From: a virus
Lineage: Duplodnaviria; Caudoviricetes
Length of the DNA: 64,000 nucleotides
Strand: one strand, 5' to 3'
Virus record (IMG/VR): IMGVR_UViG_3300002895_000002
Span: 128,001-192,000 of that record
The position numbers were made by a program, and so were the translations under genes. The notes beneath the pieces are model-generated. The model was not told the origin of the DNA. It ran no database searches and saw only the letters and a program-made list of their open reading frames with translations. Below, in pieces: positions 8,768 to 17,862 of the stretch. Within the stretch, counting starts at the first letter, position 1, and each line of letters starts with the position of its first letter.

Positions 8768-10480
8768 ATGCTTGAGTTTGAAAGTCTTGAATGGTCGAAC
8801 TTCCTCAGCTATGGGAATCGGCCAACAAAATACGACTTCAAGAAGGGCGTGTCGAGAATAGCAGGAGAGAACGGTACTGGCAAGTCCACTATCGTTGATG
8901 CTCTCTGGTTTGCTCTTTTCGGGAAGACCTACAGGAAGATCAATCTTGGGATGTTGGTTAACTCAATCAATAAGAGAGACCTTCTGGTTATTTTGCGTTT
9001 TCGGGTTGACAACATTAAATATCGGATTGAACGTGGGCTCAAGCCGAACATTTTTCGTATCTACCAAGATGATGAGCTTGTTCCGCAAGAGGCAAAGAAC
9101 AAGTCATATCAGGAGATGCTCGAGCAGGAGATTCTTCAGTTCAACGAGAATCTTGCGGATCAAATCCTCGTAAAATCCCTCACTAAGAACATCTCTTTTC
9201 TTACCCTGGGAAAGGGCCCGAAGCGAGAGATTGTTGAAGGGATCTTTGACATTGAGATCTTCTCTACCATGAACAAGCTATGCAAGAGCAAGCTCGATCA
9301 GATTGAAACAAAGATTCTTGAGGCCAGGAAAGACATTGATGCAGCTAAAATGCTCCTGGATAACGAGTTTGCAAACGTCCAGCAGTTGATCAAACTCAAA
9401 CAGCAAATCGAAGATGATGCAAGGAAAAAAGTAGAAGCAACTGAAGAAAAGGTCCAGGAGCAACGCGATATTATTGAGAAGTGTCAGGTCGGACTTCAAA
9501 AAATAGCATCGTTCAAAACCAGGAGAAGTGACGCTAACGTTGAAAAGAGTAACGTCCTTGCCGATCTAAAGGAACTTAGGGATCAACATGCCAACCTGAA
9601 AGCAAAACATCAGTTTGCTCTAAACAAGATGAAGGTGTTTAACAGCACCTGTCCTGGCTGCCCTAAGCTCAAAGAGATTGAAGATAATACCGGAGCAGAG
9701 GACATTCTTCAGGCGATATTATCCAACGAAGCAAAACAGGAAGAGCTTGAGACTGTCAAGGCAGCACTGAATGAGAAGATCAAAAAACTTGACGAACTGA
9801 TATATAACGAGAACTTCCTTCATTCAAAAATTAAGACTGCCCAGCAATCAATCAATGATATGATAGAATCTGTTGCCACAACCGCCTCTGAGTCTATCGT
9901 CATTGATGAATCAAAGATGAAAGAATTTGAGAAGCAGAAAACTGAATGTGAATCAAAATACAATGCTCTTGTGTATCAGAAGAAGCACCTGGCTGTCGTT
10001 CGGATGCTCCTCTCGGATGAAGGAATCAAGACATATATCATCAAGCGTCATTTGCCAAGTATCAACAAGCTCCTGAATACATACCTTCAGAAGTTTCATA
10101 CAGACATCCTGTTCCACTTTGACAGTGAGTTCAATGAAGTGGTTCTCACAAGACACAAGGAGAACTTCAACTATTACAGCTTCTCAGAAGGACAGAAGAG
10201 AAGAATGGACTTGGCTGTTATGTTTGCCTTTATGGAATTTGCTAAGTTCAAAGCCAAGAAGAGCAACAACAACCTTCTCATCCTGGACGAGATAACTGCT
10301 GGGTGTGATGCCATCGCTGAAAACGCTCTTTACGACATCCTCAAGGAAGTGGTAAATAGAGAGGGTAAAGAAATCATAACTGTCAGCCACAGTATGGCTA
10401 TCGATCCTGAAAAGGTCGACCGACTTTTTCAAGTAACGATGGAACGTGGATTTAGTGTCCAAACGTCAGTAGAGGCATAA
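8768..10480 (+). CDS. gp46: Rad50/SbcC-like recombination ATPase
   Basis: GENGTGKST Walker A, CPGC zinc hook, FSEGQKRR signature, LILDE Walker B. Confidence 0.95.
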   Translation: MLEFESLEWSNFLSYGNRPTKYDFKKGVSRIAGENGTGKSTIVDALWFALFGKTYRKINLGMLVNSINKRDLLVILRFRVDNIKYRIERGLKPNIFRIYQDDELVPQEAKNKSYQEMLEQEILQFNENLADQILVKSLTKNISFLTLGKGPKREIVEGIFDIEIFSTMNKLCKSKLDQIETKILEARKDIDAAKMLLDNEFANVQQLIKLKQQIEDDARKKVEATEEKVQEQRDIIEKCQVGLQKIASFKTRRSDANVEKSNVLADLKELRDQHANLKAKHQFALNKMKVFNSTCPGCPKLKEIEDNTGAEDILQAILSNEAKQEELETVKAALNEKIKKLDELIYNENFLHSKIKTAQQSINDMIESVATTASESIVIDESKMKEFEKQKTECESKYNALVYQKKHLAVVRMLLSDEGIKTYIIKRHLPSINKLLNTYLQKFHTDILFHFDSEFNEVVLTRHKENFNYYSFSEGQKRRMDLAVMFAFMEFAKFKAKKSNNNLLILDEITAGCDAIAENALYDILKEVVNREGKEIITVSHSMAIDPEKVDRLFQVTMERGFSVQTSVEA

Positions 10481-10483
10481 TAT

Positions 10484-10978
10484 ATGCAGTCAGCAACTCC
10501 GGAACAACTGTCACAGCTCCTCAGACTGGCTTCTATATTGAGGGAAGGATTGAGTATAGTATGTGATACTACCAACTACCCAATCAATGTATACACTTCC
10601 GAAGATAGAACAAGTCTTGTTCTGGATGGGCCGCAGTTTGTATTCTTGATGCTACACCCGACTCGAAACAGTAAAGACATGATGACTCTTCATTTAGAAG
10701 TAGACATGAAATCAGCCCGAGCGGCTGCTATCGTAAAGACCATCTCAAACTTTATTGAATCAAAACGATGGCGTCTAGGCGAAGAGTTTTACTTTGATGA
10801 ATCTGACAATACTGTTACCTATGGTGAAGAAGCCAGAATTAAAAAGAAAGAGAAATTTATAAATAACAATGGATTTGAAACATGTCTTTTCTGTGAAAGT
10901 GTCGTTCAACAAGGAGCAGTGACAGATACTGGTTGTCCGTTGTGTCAACATAAAGTAACATCAATGCTCTGGAGCTAA
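10484..10978 (+). CDS. Hypothetical protein with C-terminal Zn ribbon
   Basis: CLFC...CPLC near the C-terminus. Confidence 0.6.
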   Translation: MQSATPEQLSQLLRLASILREGLSIVCDTTNYPINVYTSEDRTSLVLDGPQFVFLMLHPTRNSKDMMTLHLEVDMKSARAAAIVKTISNFIESKRWRLGEEFYFDESDNTVTYGEEARIKKKEKFINNNGFETCLFCESVVQQGAVTDTGCPLCQHKVTSMLWS

Positions 10979-10980
10979 GA

Positions 10981-11220
10981 ATGCCAACCCCATTAATGAA
11001 ATCACTGGCAAAGAAGTCTGGAAAAACGTCTGCTCAGGTCGAAAAAATGTGGGATTCTGTCAAGAATTCCCTCAAAGAACAAGGCCATGACGAAAATGAC
11101 CAAAGCTTCTATCCAAGATTGGTTGGCATTCTCAAGAAGAATCTTGGTTTGACAGAGCAGTATACCATCAATGAAAAGTTCATCACTCTTCTGGAGAGAT
11201 CAATAAGCGACACGAAATAA
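10981..11220 (+). CDS. Small basic hypothetical protein
   Basis: 79 aa, MPTPLMKSLAKKSGKT...VEKMWD; coherent ORF in the operon. Confidence 0.6.
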   Translation: MPTPLMKSLAKKSGKTSAQVEKMWDSVKNSLKEQGHDENDQSFYPRLVGILKKNLGLTEQYTINEKFITLLERSISDTK

Positions 11221-11325
11221 TCTACATACCCTACCACATACATCTATTATCCATCGCTAATCAGGGCACAGACACCGTCGCTTGAGACAAAGTCACCGCC
11301 CACAACACGCAAAGGAGAAACACAG

Positions 11326-12435
11326 ATGGCCAAAGCACCAGCCAAAGCTGGCGGTCTCGCCCAGCGAATGAAAGCAGCAGCAGGAACAGAGTATGCAGTC
11401 CTCATGGGAGAGGACGACGATCGTTTTGAGATTAAGGAATGGTTTGACACCGGGAACCTCCTTCTCAACGCCCTCATCTCTGCGGATCCATACAAGGGTG
11501 TCCCGGGCGGAAAGATCATTCAGCTCGCCGGACCAAACTCCGTTGGTAAGACCTACTTCTGTCTGGAGCTGCTCAAAGCTACTCAGAAGGCTGGGTATTT
11601 CAACATCCTGTACGATTCCGAGTTTGCCAACAACAACAAGCAAGATCTCATCAAACGTGGTTTGGATCTTGATAACCTGCTTTGGGTAGGTGTTGACATC
11701 GTTGAACGCCTCAAGACCTCCGTTCTCAAACAGCTCGACGAGATCCAGGATGGTGAGAAGGTAGCCATGATGATTGACTCCATCGGCAACCTGTCCACCA
11801 TCAAGGAAGTCACGGACTCCACTGAAGGTAACGACAAGAAAGATATGACCCGAGCCCAGCAGCTCAAGGCTCTGTTCAGAACCTGCACCCTCAAAGCCGG
11901 CGTCAAGGGTGTTCCGATGTTTCTTGTCAACCACGTCTATGCTGTGGTCGGTTCCAACGTGCCAACCAACCAGGTCGGCGGTGGCTCTGGATCCCTCTAC
12001 ATGAGCTCCATCATCCTCGAGCTGTCCAAGGCCCAAGACAAGAACGCCGACGGTGAGATCGTTGGTACGTGGATCACGTGTAAATCAGTCAAGAACCGCT
12101 TTGCTCGGGAACGCCAGAAGATCAAGGTCAACATCAACTTCAAAGAAGGGCTCGGTCGCTATTCCGGTCTCTTCGAGTTCTTCTACGACGAGGAAGAGGT
12201 CTTTACTCGGTCCGGCAACTACTACAAGAACCCGTGGACCGATCATTCCCTGCTCAAGAAAGATTTCACCCCTGAGGTTTGGGAAGAGATCCTCAAGGCT
12301 GGTGGTGCTGATTACCTCCGCAACCGGTTTGCCTACCAGTCAGACGCTATTGACATTCCTGATGAGGAAGAGACCGAGCCGGAATTGCTCACTGAGACCA
12401 AAAAGAAAAAGGGTGGCACAATAGAGATTCTGTAA
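11326..12435 (+). CDS. uvsX: RecA-like recombinase UvsX
   Basis: AGPNSVGKT, YDSE, MIDSIGNL, KDMTRAQQLKALFR, GGGSG motifs. Confidence 0.95.
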   Translation: MAKAPAKAGGLAQRMKAAAGTEYAVLMGEDDDRFEIKEWFDTGNLLLNALISADPYKGVPGGKIIQLAGPNSVGKTYFCLELLKATQKAGYFNILYDSEFANNNKQDLIKRGLDLDNLLWVGVDIVERLKTSVLKQLDEIQDGEKVAMMIDSIGNLSTIKEVTDSTEGNDKKDMTRAQQLKALFRTCTLKAGVKGVPMFLVNHVYAVVGSNVPTNQVGGGSGSLYMSSIILELSKAQDKNADGEIVGTWITCKSVKNRFARERQKIKVNINFKEGLGRYSGLFEFFYDEEEVFTRSGNYYKNPWTDHSLLKKDFTPEVWEEILKAGGADYLRNRFAYQSDAIDIPDEEETEPELLTETKKKKGGTIEIL

Positions 12436-12459
12436 GGTTACGTGAAAAACGTACCAAAT

Positions 12460-12513
12460 TTGACAGAGAAGGGGTTTGGTTGTATCATGGAAACATGAAC
12501 ACCAAACCCCTTC
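12460..12513 (+). promoter_or_regulatory. Sigma70-type promoter embedded in a long inverted repeat
   Basis: TTGACA (12460)-17-TATCAT; arms GAAGGGGTTTGGT/ACCAAACCCCTTC plus inner TCATG-GAAA-CATGA. Confidence 0.8.
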
Positions 12514-12529
12514 ATTCGTAAGGAACGGC

Positions 12530-13945
12530 ATGCTTACCGAAAACCTGTTTTACCACCTTGTTGAAAGCGAAGATTTTTGGCGAATCGTATATCCCCACAT
12601 CAAGCTTGAGTACATCGTTGAAAACATCGATCGAATTCTGTTCCAAAAGATCAAGATGTATGAATCGATGTATACCAAACGTCCGAAGTGGGCGGACCTG
12701 AAATTACTGGTCGAATCTGATACAAAAATCTCAGAAAAAGACACCCAGGATGCGTTTGATCGGATAGAGGAATATCGTAACACCGACCAGGTAGGCGACC
12801 TCAAACTTTTGATTGATGAAACAGAGAAATGGGCTCAAACGCGAGCTCTAGAACTAGCCATTCTTGAGTCGGTGGATATCATCCAGGATCCCAAAAAAGC
12901 AAACAAGGGTCTGATCCAAGATCTCATCAAAGATGCTCTCTGTGTTCAGTTCCAAGTCTCGATTGGTCACGACTACTTCAAAGACGCACCAGCCCGGTTG
13001 GAAGCATACACCACAGACGACGAAGTAATTCCCTTCAAGTTTACCCAGACTCTGAACGAAATGATGAACGGCGGACTCCGGAAGTCTTCCATGTTCATCT
13101 ACTGTGCACCACCAAACAAGGGTAAGACTCTCATTCTCTGTGACAACGCATCCCAGCTCGTTGCTGCCGGGTTGAATGTTCTGTATGTTTCTGGTGAGAT
13201 GGCTGAGACAATGATATCAAAGCGAGTTGATGCTAACTTGCTTGATATCGACATGGACAATCTGTCATCTAAGGTTGACAAGAAGCAGTTCATGTCAGGA
13301 ATAAAAGATCTGTATGAGAAGTCATGTGGCCGGCTCATTGTCAAACAATATCCGGCAGGAACAGCCACAATCCACCATATTCGTGCTCTAATTCAAGAGA
13401 TCAAGCTCAAGAAGGGGATTGATATTGATGTCCTGGTTCTGGACTACCTGAACCTCTTTGCATCAACCAGACTTCCTTCTTCTGCAATGACCAATACCTA
13501 CCTATATGTCAAAGCAGTTGCAGAAGAGTTCCGAGGTCTATGTGTTGAGCTGAACATTCCGTGTATCACTGCAACCCAGATCAACCGAGGTGCAACAAAC
13601 GCTGCTCCGGACGCCGTTGACATGACGGGTATCTCTGATAGCTTTGGTATCGCAATGACAGCAGACTTTATGGCTGCAATCATTCAAACCCCAGAACTGT
13701 TCGAACAGAGTCTGTATCTACTGAAAGTAATCAAGTCTCGGTTCAAGGATAACATCAACGAGATCTACACCATTGGGGTTGATAGGCCAAAGATGAGACT
13801 AGAGGACGTTGATGATAGTAGGAAGCAAGTGCCAATCAATGTGAAAGACCAACTCGCAGCACAAGCTCGAGGAGTGGCTGATAAACAAAAAATAGCCGGG
13901 GTTGCGATGGTGAAGGAGCTGAAGGATGATGTGTTCGAGTTCTAG
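12530..13945 (+). CDS. gp41: Replicative DnaB-like helicase
   Basis: APPNKGKT, YVSGEM, VKQYPAG, VLDYLNL, TATQINR, DSFG motifs; AAGGA RBS before ATG 12530. Confidence 0.95.
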   Translation: MLTENLFYHLVESEDFWRIVYPHIKLEYIVENIDRILFQKIKMYESMYTKRPKWADLKLLVESDTKISEKDTQDAFDRIEEYRNTDQVGDLKLLIDETEKWAQTRALELAILESVDIIQDPKKANKGLIQDLIKDALCVQFQVSIGHDYFKDAPARLEAYTTDDEVIPFKFTQTLNEMMNGGLRKSSMFIYCAPPNKGKTLILCDNASQLVAAGLNVLYVSGEMAETMISKRVDANLLDIDMDNLSSKVDKKQFMSGIKDLYEKSCGRLIVKQYPAGTATIHHIRALIQEIKLKKGIDIDVLVLDYLNLFASTRLPSSAMTNTYLYVKAVAEEFRGLCVELNIPCITATQINRGATNAAPDAVDMTGISDSFGIAMTADFMAAIIQTPELFEQSLYLLKVIKSRFKDNINEIYTIGVDRPKMRLEDVDDSRKQVPINVKDQLAAQARGVADKQKIAGVAMVKELKDDVFEF

Positions 13946-13954
13946 TTTATTTCC

Positions 13955-13983
13955 TTGACACTTTCCTTTATTTTTGTTATCAT
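13955..13983 (+). promoter_or_regulatory. Sigma70-type promoter for rnh
   Basis: TTGACA-17-TATCAT. Confidence 0.8.
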
Positions 13984-14013
13984 TTGCATAGAATGAATTC
14001 CAAGGAGAACTGA

Positions 14014-14988
14014 ATGGCTATCATCATTGACAGCTCACACCTACTCGCCCGGTGCGTGCATGGCGGAAGAAAAGAGATTCTTGAGCGACCGGAGTATGCA
14101 GCTCACATGCTCTTCAACTCCATTCTCATGAACTCCCGGAAATTTGGAGCGTCAAAAGAGAATCCGGTTATTATGGCCCTTGACACCAAGCCATACTGGC
14201 GGTCTAAGTATTATGTCGAAAATAAGGATCAGTTCGTTGAATACCGGACCAACCCTAAGTATCAAGCATACAAAGGTCAGCGGGAAAAGGACGATACCTT
14301 ACCATGGGAAAAAATCTACGAGGTGGCTAATGCCTGCTACGCTGCGATTGAACAATATTCCGATTTCCATGTTGTTGGAGTCATTGGAGCAGAGGCCGAC
14401 GATATTATCGCTGTCGGAGCAAATCACTTCTCAGAAAAAGGACAACCTGTCACTGTCGTATCTTCCGATAAGGACTTCCAACAACTCCACAGACCAGGAA
14501 GAGGAGTCCAAGTCTGGGATCCAATCAAAAAAACCTTCAGACCAGACATTGACCCGGAGTATTACAAAAAGTTACACGCGATCTCTGGAGATCCCGGAGA
14601 TAACATTCTCCCTATCAAAAGAGGAGCAGGTCCAAATACAAAAACAGCTGAACGATATGCTCGAGACCTCGATACTTACCTTGCTACAGACGCAGAGCTC
14701 AGAGATCGTTACAAATTCAACAGAACACTCACAGACTTCGATTATATTCCCGTTGAAGTATCCAGTCGCATAGTTGAGGCGATTGAGAACCATACCTACT
14801 CATTCTCTGCAATGGACTTGATGAAAGTTTTCATTAAATACAGGCTCAATGCAATTGGTGAGAGAGTTCAGGAGTTTCGCCTTCCTGAGAAGACACAAGT
14901 CAAAACCAGCACCAGTGCGAAGGTATACAAGGAAGCCGCAAAGCAACAGCAGGTACTCAACAACACATTGGAGGATTTTTTCGGCTAA
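14014..14988 (+). CDS. rnh: T4-type RNase H / 5'-3' exonuclease
   Basis: AEADDII, SSDKDFQQL, GDPGDNI FEN/5' nuclease motifs. Confidence 0.92.
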   Translation: MAIIIDSSHLLARCVHGGRKEILERPEYAAHMLFNSILMNSRKFGASKENPVIMALDTKPYWRSKYYVENKDQFVEYRTNPKYQAYKGQREKDDTLPWEKIYEVANACYAAIEQYSDFHVVGVIGAEADDIIAVGANHFSEKGQPVTVVSSDKDFQQLHRPGRGVQVWDPIKKTFRPDIDPEYYKKLHAISGDPGDNILPIKRGAGPNTKTAERYARDLDTYLATDAELRDRYKFNRTLTDFDYIPVEVSSRIVEAIENHTYSFSAMDLMKVFIKYRLNAIGERVQEFRLPEKTQVKTSTSAKVYKEAAKQQQVLNNTLEDFFG

Positions 14989-15167
14989 CAACGACCTAGA
15001 ATCCAACCTTCAGGTTGAGTGTTTTCATTATATAACCCACATTCTTTGTTATATGGATTATTATACCAACGTTTTCCTGAAGGTATTCCTTTGTTATGTG
15101 CTGGTCTTCCTTTTCGTGTATTTTGATTCTGTTCGATGATACGGTCGTAGATAGATTGATAATCCAT
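14985..15167 (-). pseudogene. Internally deleted HNH/NUMOD homing endonuclease (mini element)
   Basis: N-terminus MDYQSIYDRIIEQN nearly matches 53867 (MDYQAIYDRIIERN); keeps PAHNKG and KRWYNN..PEGWILGR motifs; no HNH domain. Confidence 0.7.
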
Positions 15168-15178
15168 GACAGTTCCCC

Positions 15179-15270
15179 TATAAATAGATGTGACAGGGAC
15201 AGCAGGGAAGTTCCCCTCTCCGTTGGTTGTGGTGGTCAGACCCAACCTTACCTGTTCCCTTTTATTTATC
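15179..15270 (+). ncRNA. Candidate structured RNA (three-way junction) between convergent late promoters, copy 1
   Basis: TATAAATA (+) at 15179 and TATTTATC (-) at 15263; P1 ACAGG/CCTGT, P2 CAGC/GTTG, P3 GTTG/CAAC; homologous to 53885-53970 with compensatory changes. Confidence 0.55.
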
Positions 15271-15297
15271 AAATCCCATGAAAGGTATAGAAATAAT

Positions 15298-15483
15298 ATG
15301 AATGTGATGTGTAACGCAGATCCCAAGACTAGACCTAGACATTGTTGTCAACGCACCAACCTTTGTTGTGTTTTCTGTCTCAAGATTAAAGACTGTTTTG
15401 CTGAAGCAGAAGCATGTAAGATTCAGAAACCATGTGACGCGGATTGTAACACTGTTGATGATCCGTGTCCGTTCGCAATCTGA
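15298..15483 (+). CDS. Cys-rich microprotein
   Basis: 61 aa with 11 Cys, downstream of a late promoter. Confidence 0.5.
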   Translation: MNVMCNADPKTRPRHCCQRTNLCCVFCLKIKDCFAEAEACKIQKPCDADCNTVDDPCPFAI

Positions 15484-15491
15484 GGTGAGCC

Positions 15492-15614
15492 ATGGAAGAT
15501 CTCAATAAATGTTGGTCCTGTGGACAGGAAAATCAGTCTGGGGATTCTGTTTGTGTCCGGTGCGGTAAGATCACTAAAGAACCTGGGATATTTGACAACC
15601 CTGTGAATGGGTAG
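15492..15614 (+). CDS. Zn-ribbon microprotein
   Basis: GAGGTG RBS; MEDLNKCWSCGQEN..VCVRCG (40 aa). Confidence 0.6.
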   Translation: MEDLNKCWSCGQENQSGDSVCVRCGKITKEPGIFDNPVNG

Positions 15615-15620
15615 TAAACT
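15592..15620 (+). promoter_or_regulatory. Sigma70-type promoter for primase
   Basis: TTGACA-17-TAAACT, 6 nt before ATG 15627. Confidence 0.75.
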
Positions 15621-15626
15621 GTATTC

Positions 15627-16652
15627 ATGGCACTCGACCCGTATGATGAAATGCAGTTGGTATATCGGATAAACCTCCGGAACTTGAGAAAAGTCCCAAA
15701 CGGTTACATCTTCTCATGTCCTATCTGCAACGAGGGTACGCACCCCAATAGAAAGAGGGGTGCTATCCTCGGTCCCGTTGCAAACAAGCCCTACACAACC
15801 GTTCTTTGCCATAACTGCAATCCAGATGGGATGTCTTTTCGTCGGTTTGTAGAGACAGTCGACCCAATTCTCTTCCTCGAATACCAACGTCTTGAGAAAG
15901 AGCAGTTCATTAAGGATCTCAAAGAAGGAAAGATCAATAAGAAGCAAAAGATCATTGACAATGTAGCTCCAGTTTATGATGAGGTTAGCTTCTACAAGCT
16001 CAACCCCGATACCTTCGTTCAATGCACGGATAATCCGGCAGCATTCCAGTATGCTCACTACCAACGGAAGATCCCAAGAAATATCATCAGTGAGTTGATG
16101 TATTGCCCTAAGAAGACTATCAACGGAAGGCCCAATCCTTTCTATGACATGCTGATCTTCCCTCTGTATAGTGAACAGATCAAAGGCTACCCGATTGATG
16201 CACATGTTCATGGGTTTCAGGGTCGAAGCATTAGGGGTGAGAAACGGTTCTATACATTCAGTAAGAACGAAGCATTCAAAGTGTACAACCTTTTTCGGGT
16301 AGATCGTCGGAAGGATGTTTACATTTTTGAAGCAATCATAGACTCCCTTGGCATTCCCAACTCGGTTGCTGCTCTGGGATCGTCCATGAGTGATCGGGTC
16401 AAGGACATGCTCCCTAAGCGGGTGTGGTGTTTGGATAATGACGACACTGGATATAAGAAATCTCTAAAGCTCGTTGAACAAGGCGAGCGGGTCCTTATCT
16501 GGCCTGAGGAGATCAAAGCTAAGGACTTCAACAAACTGGTAGAAAAGGGTGTATCCCACCAGCAGTTGACACGTCTGATAGAAGAATATACAATGGAAGG
16601 GATCAAAGCAAAAGTTCATCTTGAACTGAAACTATCAAAAAAGAAGAGGTGA
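15627..16652 (+). CDS. gp61: DNA primase
   Basis: FSCPICNE..CHNC Zn-binding domain, FQGRS, IFEAIIDS and LDNDDTG Toprim motifs, KDFN. Confidence 0.93.
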   Translation: MALDPYDEMQLVYRINLRNLRKVPNGYIFSCPICNEGTHPNRKRGAILGPVANKPYTTVLCHNCNPDGMSFRRFVETVDPILFLEYQRLEKEQFIKDLKEGKINKKQKIIDNVAPVYDEVSFYKLNPDTFVQCTDNPAAFQYAHYQRKIPRNIISELMYCPKKTINGRPNPFYDMLIFPLYSEQIKGYPIDAHVHGFQGRSIRGEKRFYTFSKNEAFKVYNLFRVDRRKDVYIFEAIIDSLGIPNSVAALGSSMSDRVKDMLPKRVWCLDNDDTGYKKSLKLVEQGERVLIWPEEIKAKDFNKLVEKGVSHQQLTRLIEEYTMEGIKAKVHLELKLSKKKR

Positions 16653-16951
16653 TGAAGATGCCAGCGTATGATTTTTACTGCTCGCAGTGCAACAAAACGT
16701 ATGAAATCAAGATGACCATGTCCGAACACTCCGAACAGAAGGACAAAATGACCTGTCAGGAATGCCACCAACCCCTCAGTCAAACCGTATCTCCACTCCG
16801 GTTTACTCTCAAGGGCTCTGGTTGGTATGCTGATGGGCCTGGAAACAACTCGAACGGTTCTGGATATGGTGTAACTCAACGTGAGATGGACAAGAATGGG
16901 GATCTCACGAAAGGGATGGAAGACGCTATGATGAATGCTCCTCCCGAGTGA
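16649..16951 (+). CDS. FmdB-family Zn-ribbon protein
   Basis: MPAYDFYCSQC...CQEC..., FTLKGSGWY signature. Confidence 0.85.
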   Translation: MMKMPAYDFYCSQCNKTYEIKMTMSEHSEQKDKMTCQECHQPLSQTVSPLRFTLKGSGWYADGPGNNSNGSGYGVTQREMDKNGDLTKGMEDAMMNAPPE

Positions 16952-16998
16952 TAAATATCCAGCCCCAAGAAACGAACCAATCGAAAGGAATACCTTCC

Positions 16999-17862
16999 AT
17001 GTCTCAATTTTCCACCACTGATTTCTTTCTAACAGATTTTCAACGGCTCATTTGGGCCGATAACTATCGGGATCCCCAACATGATCCGACGGTGGAAGCA
17101 ACATTTCGACGAATGGCTGCAACAATCTTCGCCAATGAATCTGAGGAGCTCCAGCAGGAACTCTTTGATCAACAACTCATGGCCAAGATCTTCTTCGGTG
17201 GTCGCGTGTATAACCTCGGTCGTGGCCTGAAGAACGTCAATGCTTTCAACTGCTATGCGGCTCAGCGGTCCACCATGCCAGTTGACTCCATCTCCAACAT
17301 CTTCGCTGATATCACCAATGCAGCGGAGATCCTGAAGACCGAGGGCGGCATTGGGTTCAACTTTAACCACATCAGACCGAAGGGTACTCTCATCAAGGGC
17401 GTCGGTGTTGGTACTCCGGGTGTCCTGGCTTTCATGGAGATTCAGGACAAGACCGCCGATGTCATCACCCGTGGTTCTACCGGTGACATTATCCAGGCCG
17501 ACGAGAATACTCCGACCAAGAAGAAGATCCGCAAGGGCGCTCAGATATCCCTGTTGGACTGCCGCCATCCGGAAATCTTCGCCTACATCGATGCCAAGAA
17601 GATCCCCAACCGGTTTGTTTGGTTCAACATGTCGGTAATTATTACGGACCGGTTTATGGAAAGATGTTTAGAAAATATAAATAAAATAGTTATTGAACTA
17701 AATGATGGAACAAAACATGAACTAGACCCCAATGAAGAAATAGAAATAGATGGGGTTATAATGACAGCGAAGGAATATAAAGATGGGTGTGAAAATAATG
17801 CCACCAAAAGACGAATTTATCAAGATGATAAAACAATCAGTTCTTCTGAAAGATGTAGCTGA
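16999..17862 (+). CDS. nrdJ: Class II ribonucleotide reductase, fragment a, with a 65-aa foreign C-terminal extension from 17665
   Basis: FFGGR, AFNCY, GGIGFNF..IRPKG, RKGAQ, HPEI, FNMSV; the RNR sequence stops at TDRFMER (17664). Confidence 0.88.
   Translation: MSQFSTTDFFLTDFQRLIWADNYRDPQHDPTVEATFRRMAATIFANESEELQQELFDQQLMAKIFFGGRVYNLGRGLKNVNAFNCYAAQRSTMPVDSISNIFADITNAAEILKTEGGIGFNFNHIRPKGTLIKGVGVGTPGVLAFMEIQDKTADVITRGSTGDIIQADENTPTKKKIRKGAQISLLDCRHPEIFAYIDAKKIPNRFVWFNMSVIITDRFMERCLENINKIVIELNDGTKHELDPNEEIEIDGVIMTAKEYKDGCENNATKRRIYQDDKTISSSERCS

Noticed and set aside
15179-15270. Hammerhead or other known small ribozyme
   Set aside because: The three-way junction lacks the CUGANGA/GAAA core, and I could not match another ribozyme consensus.
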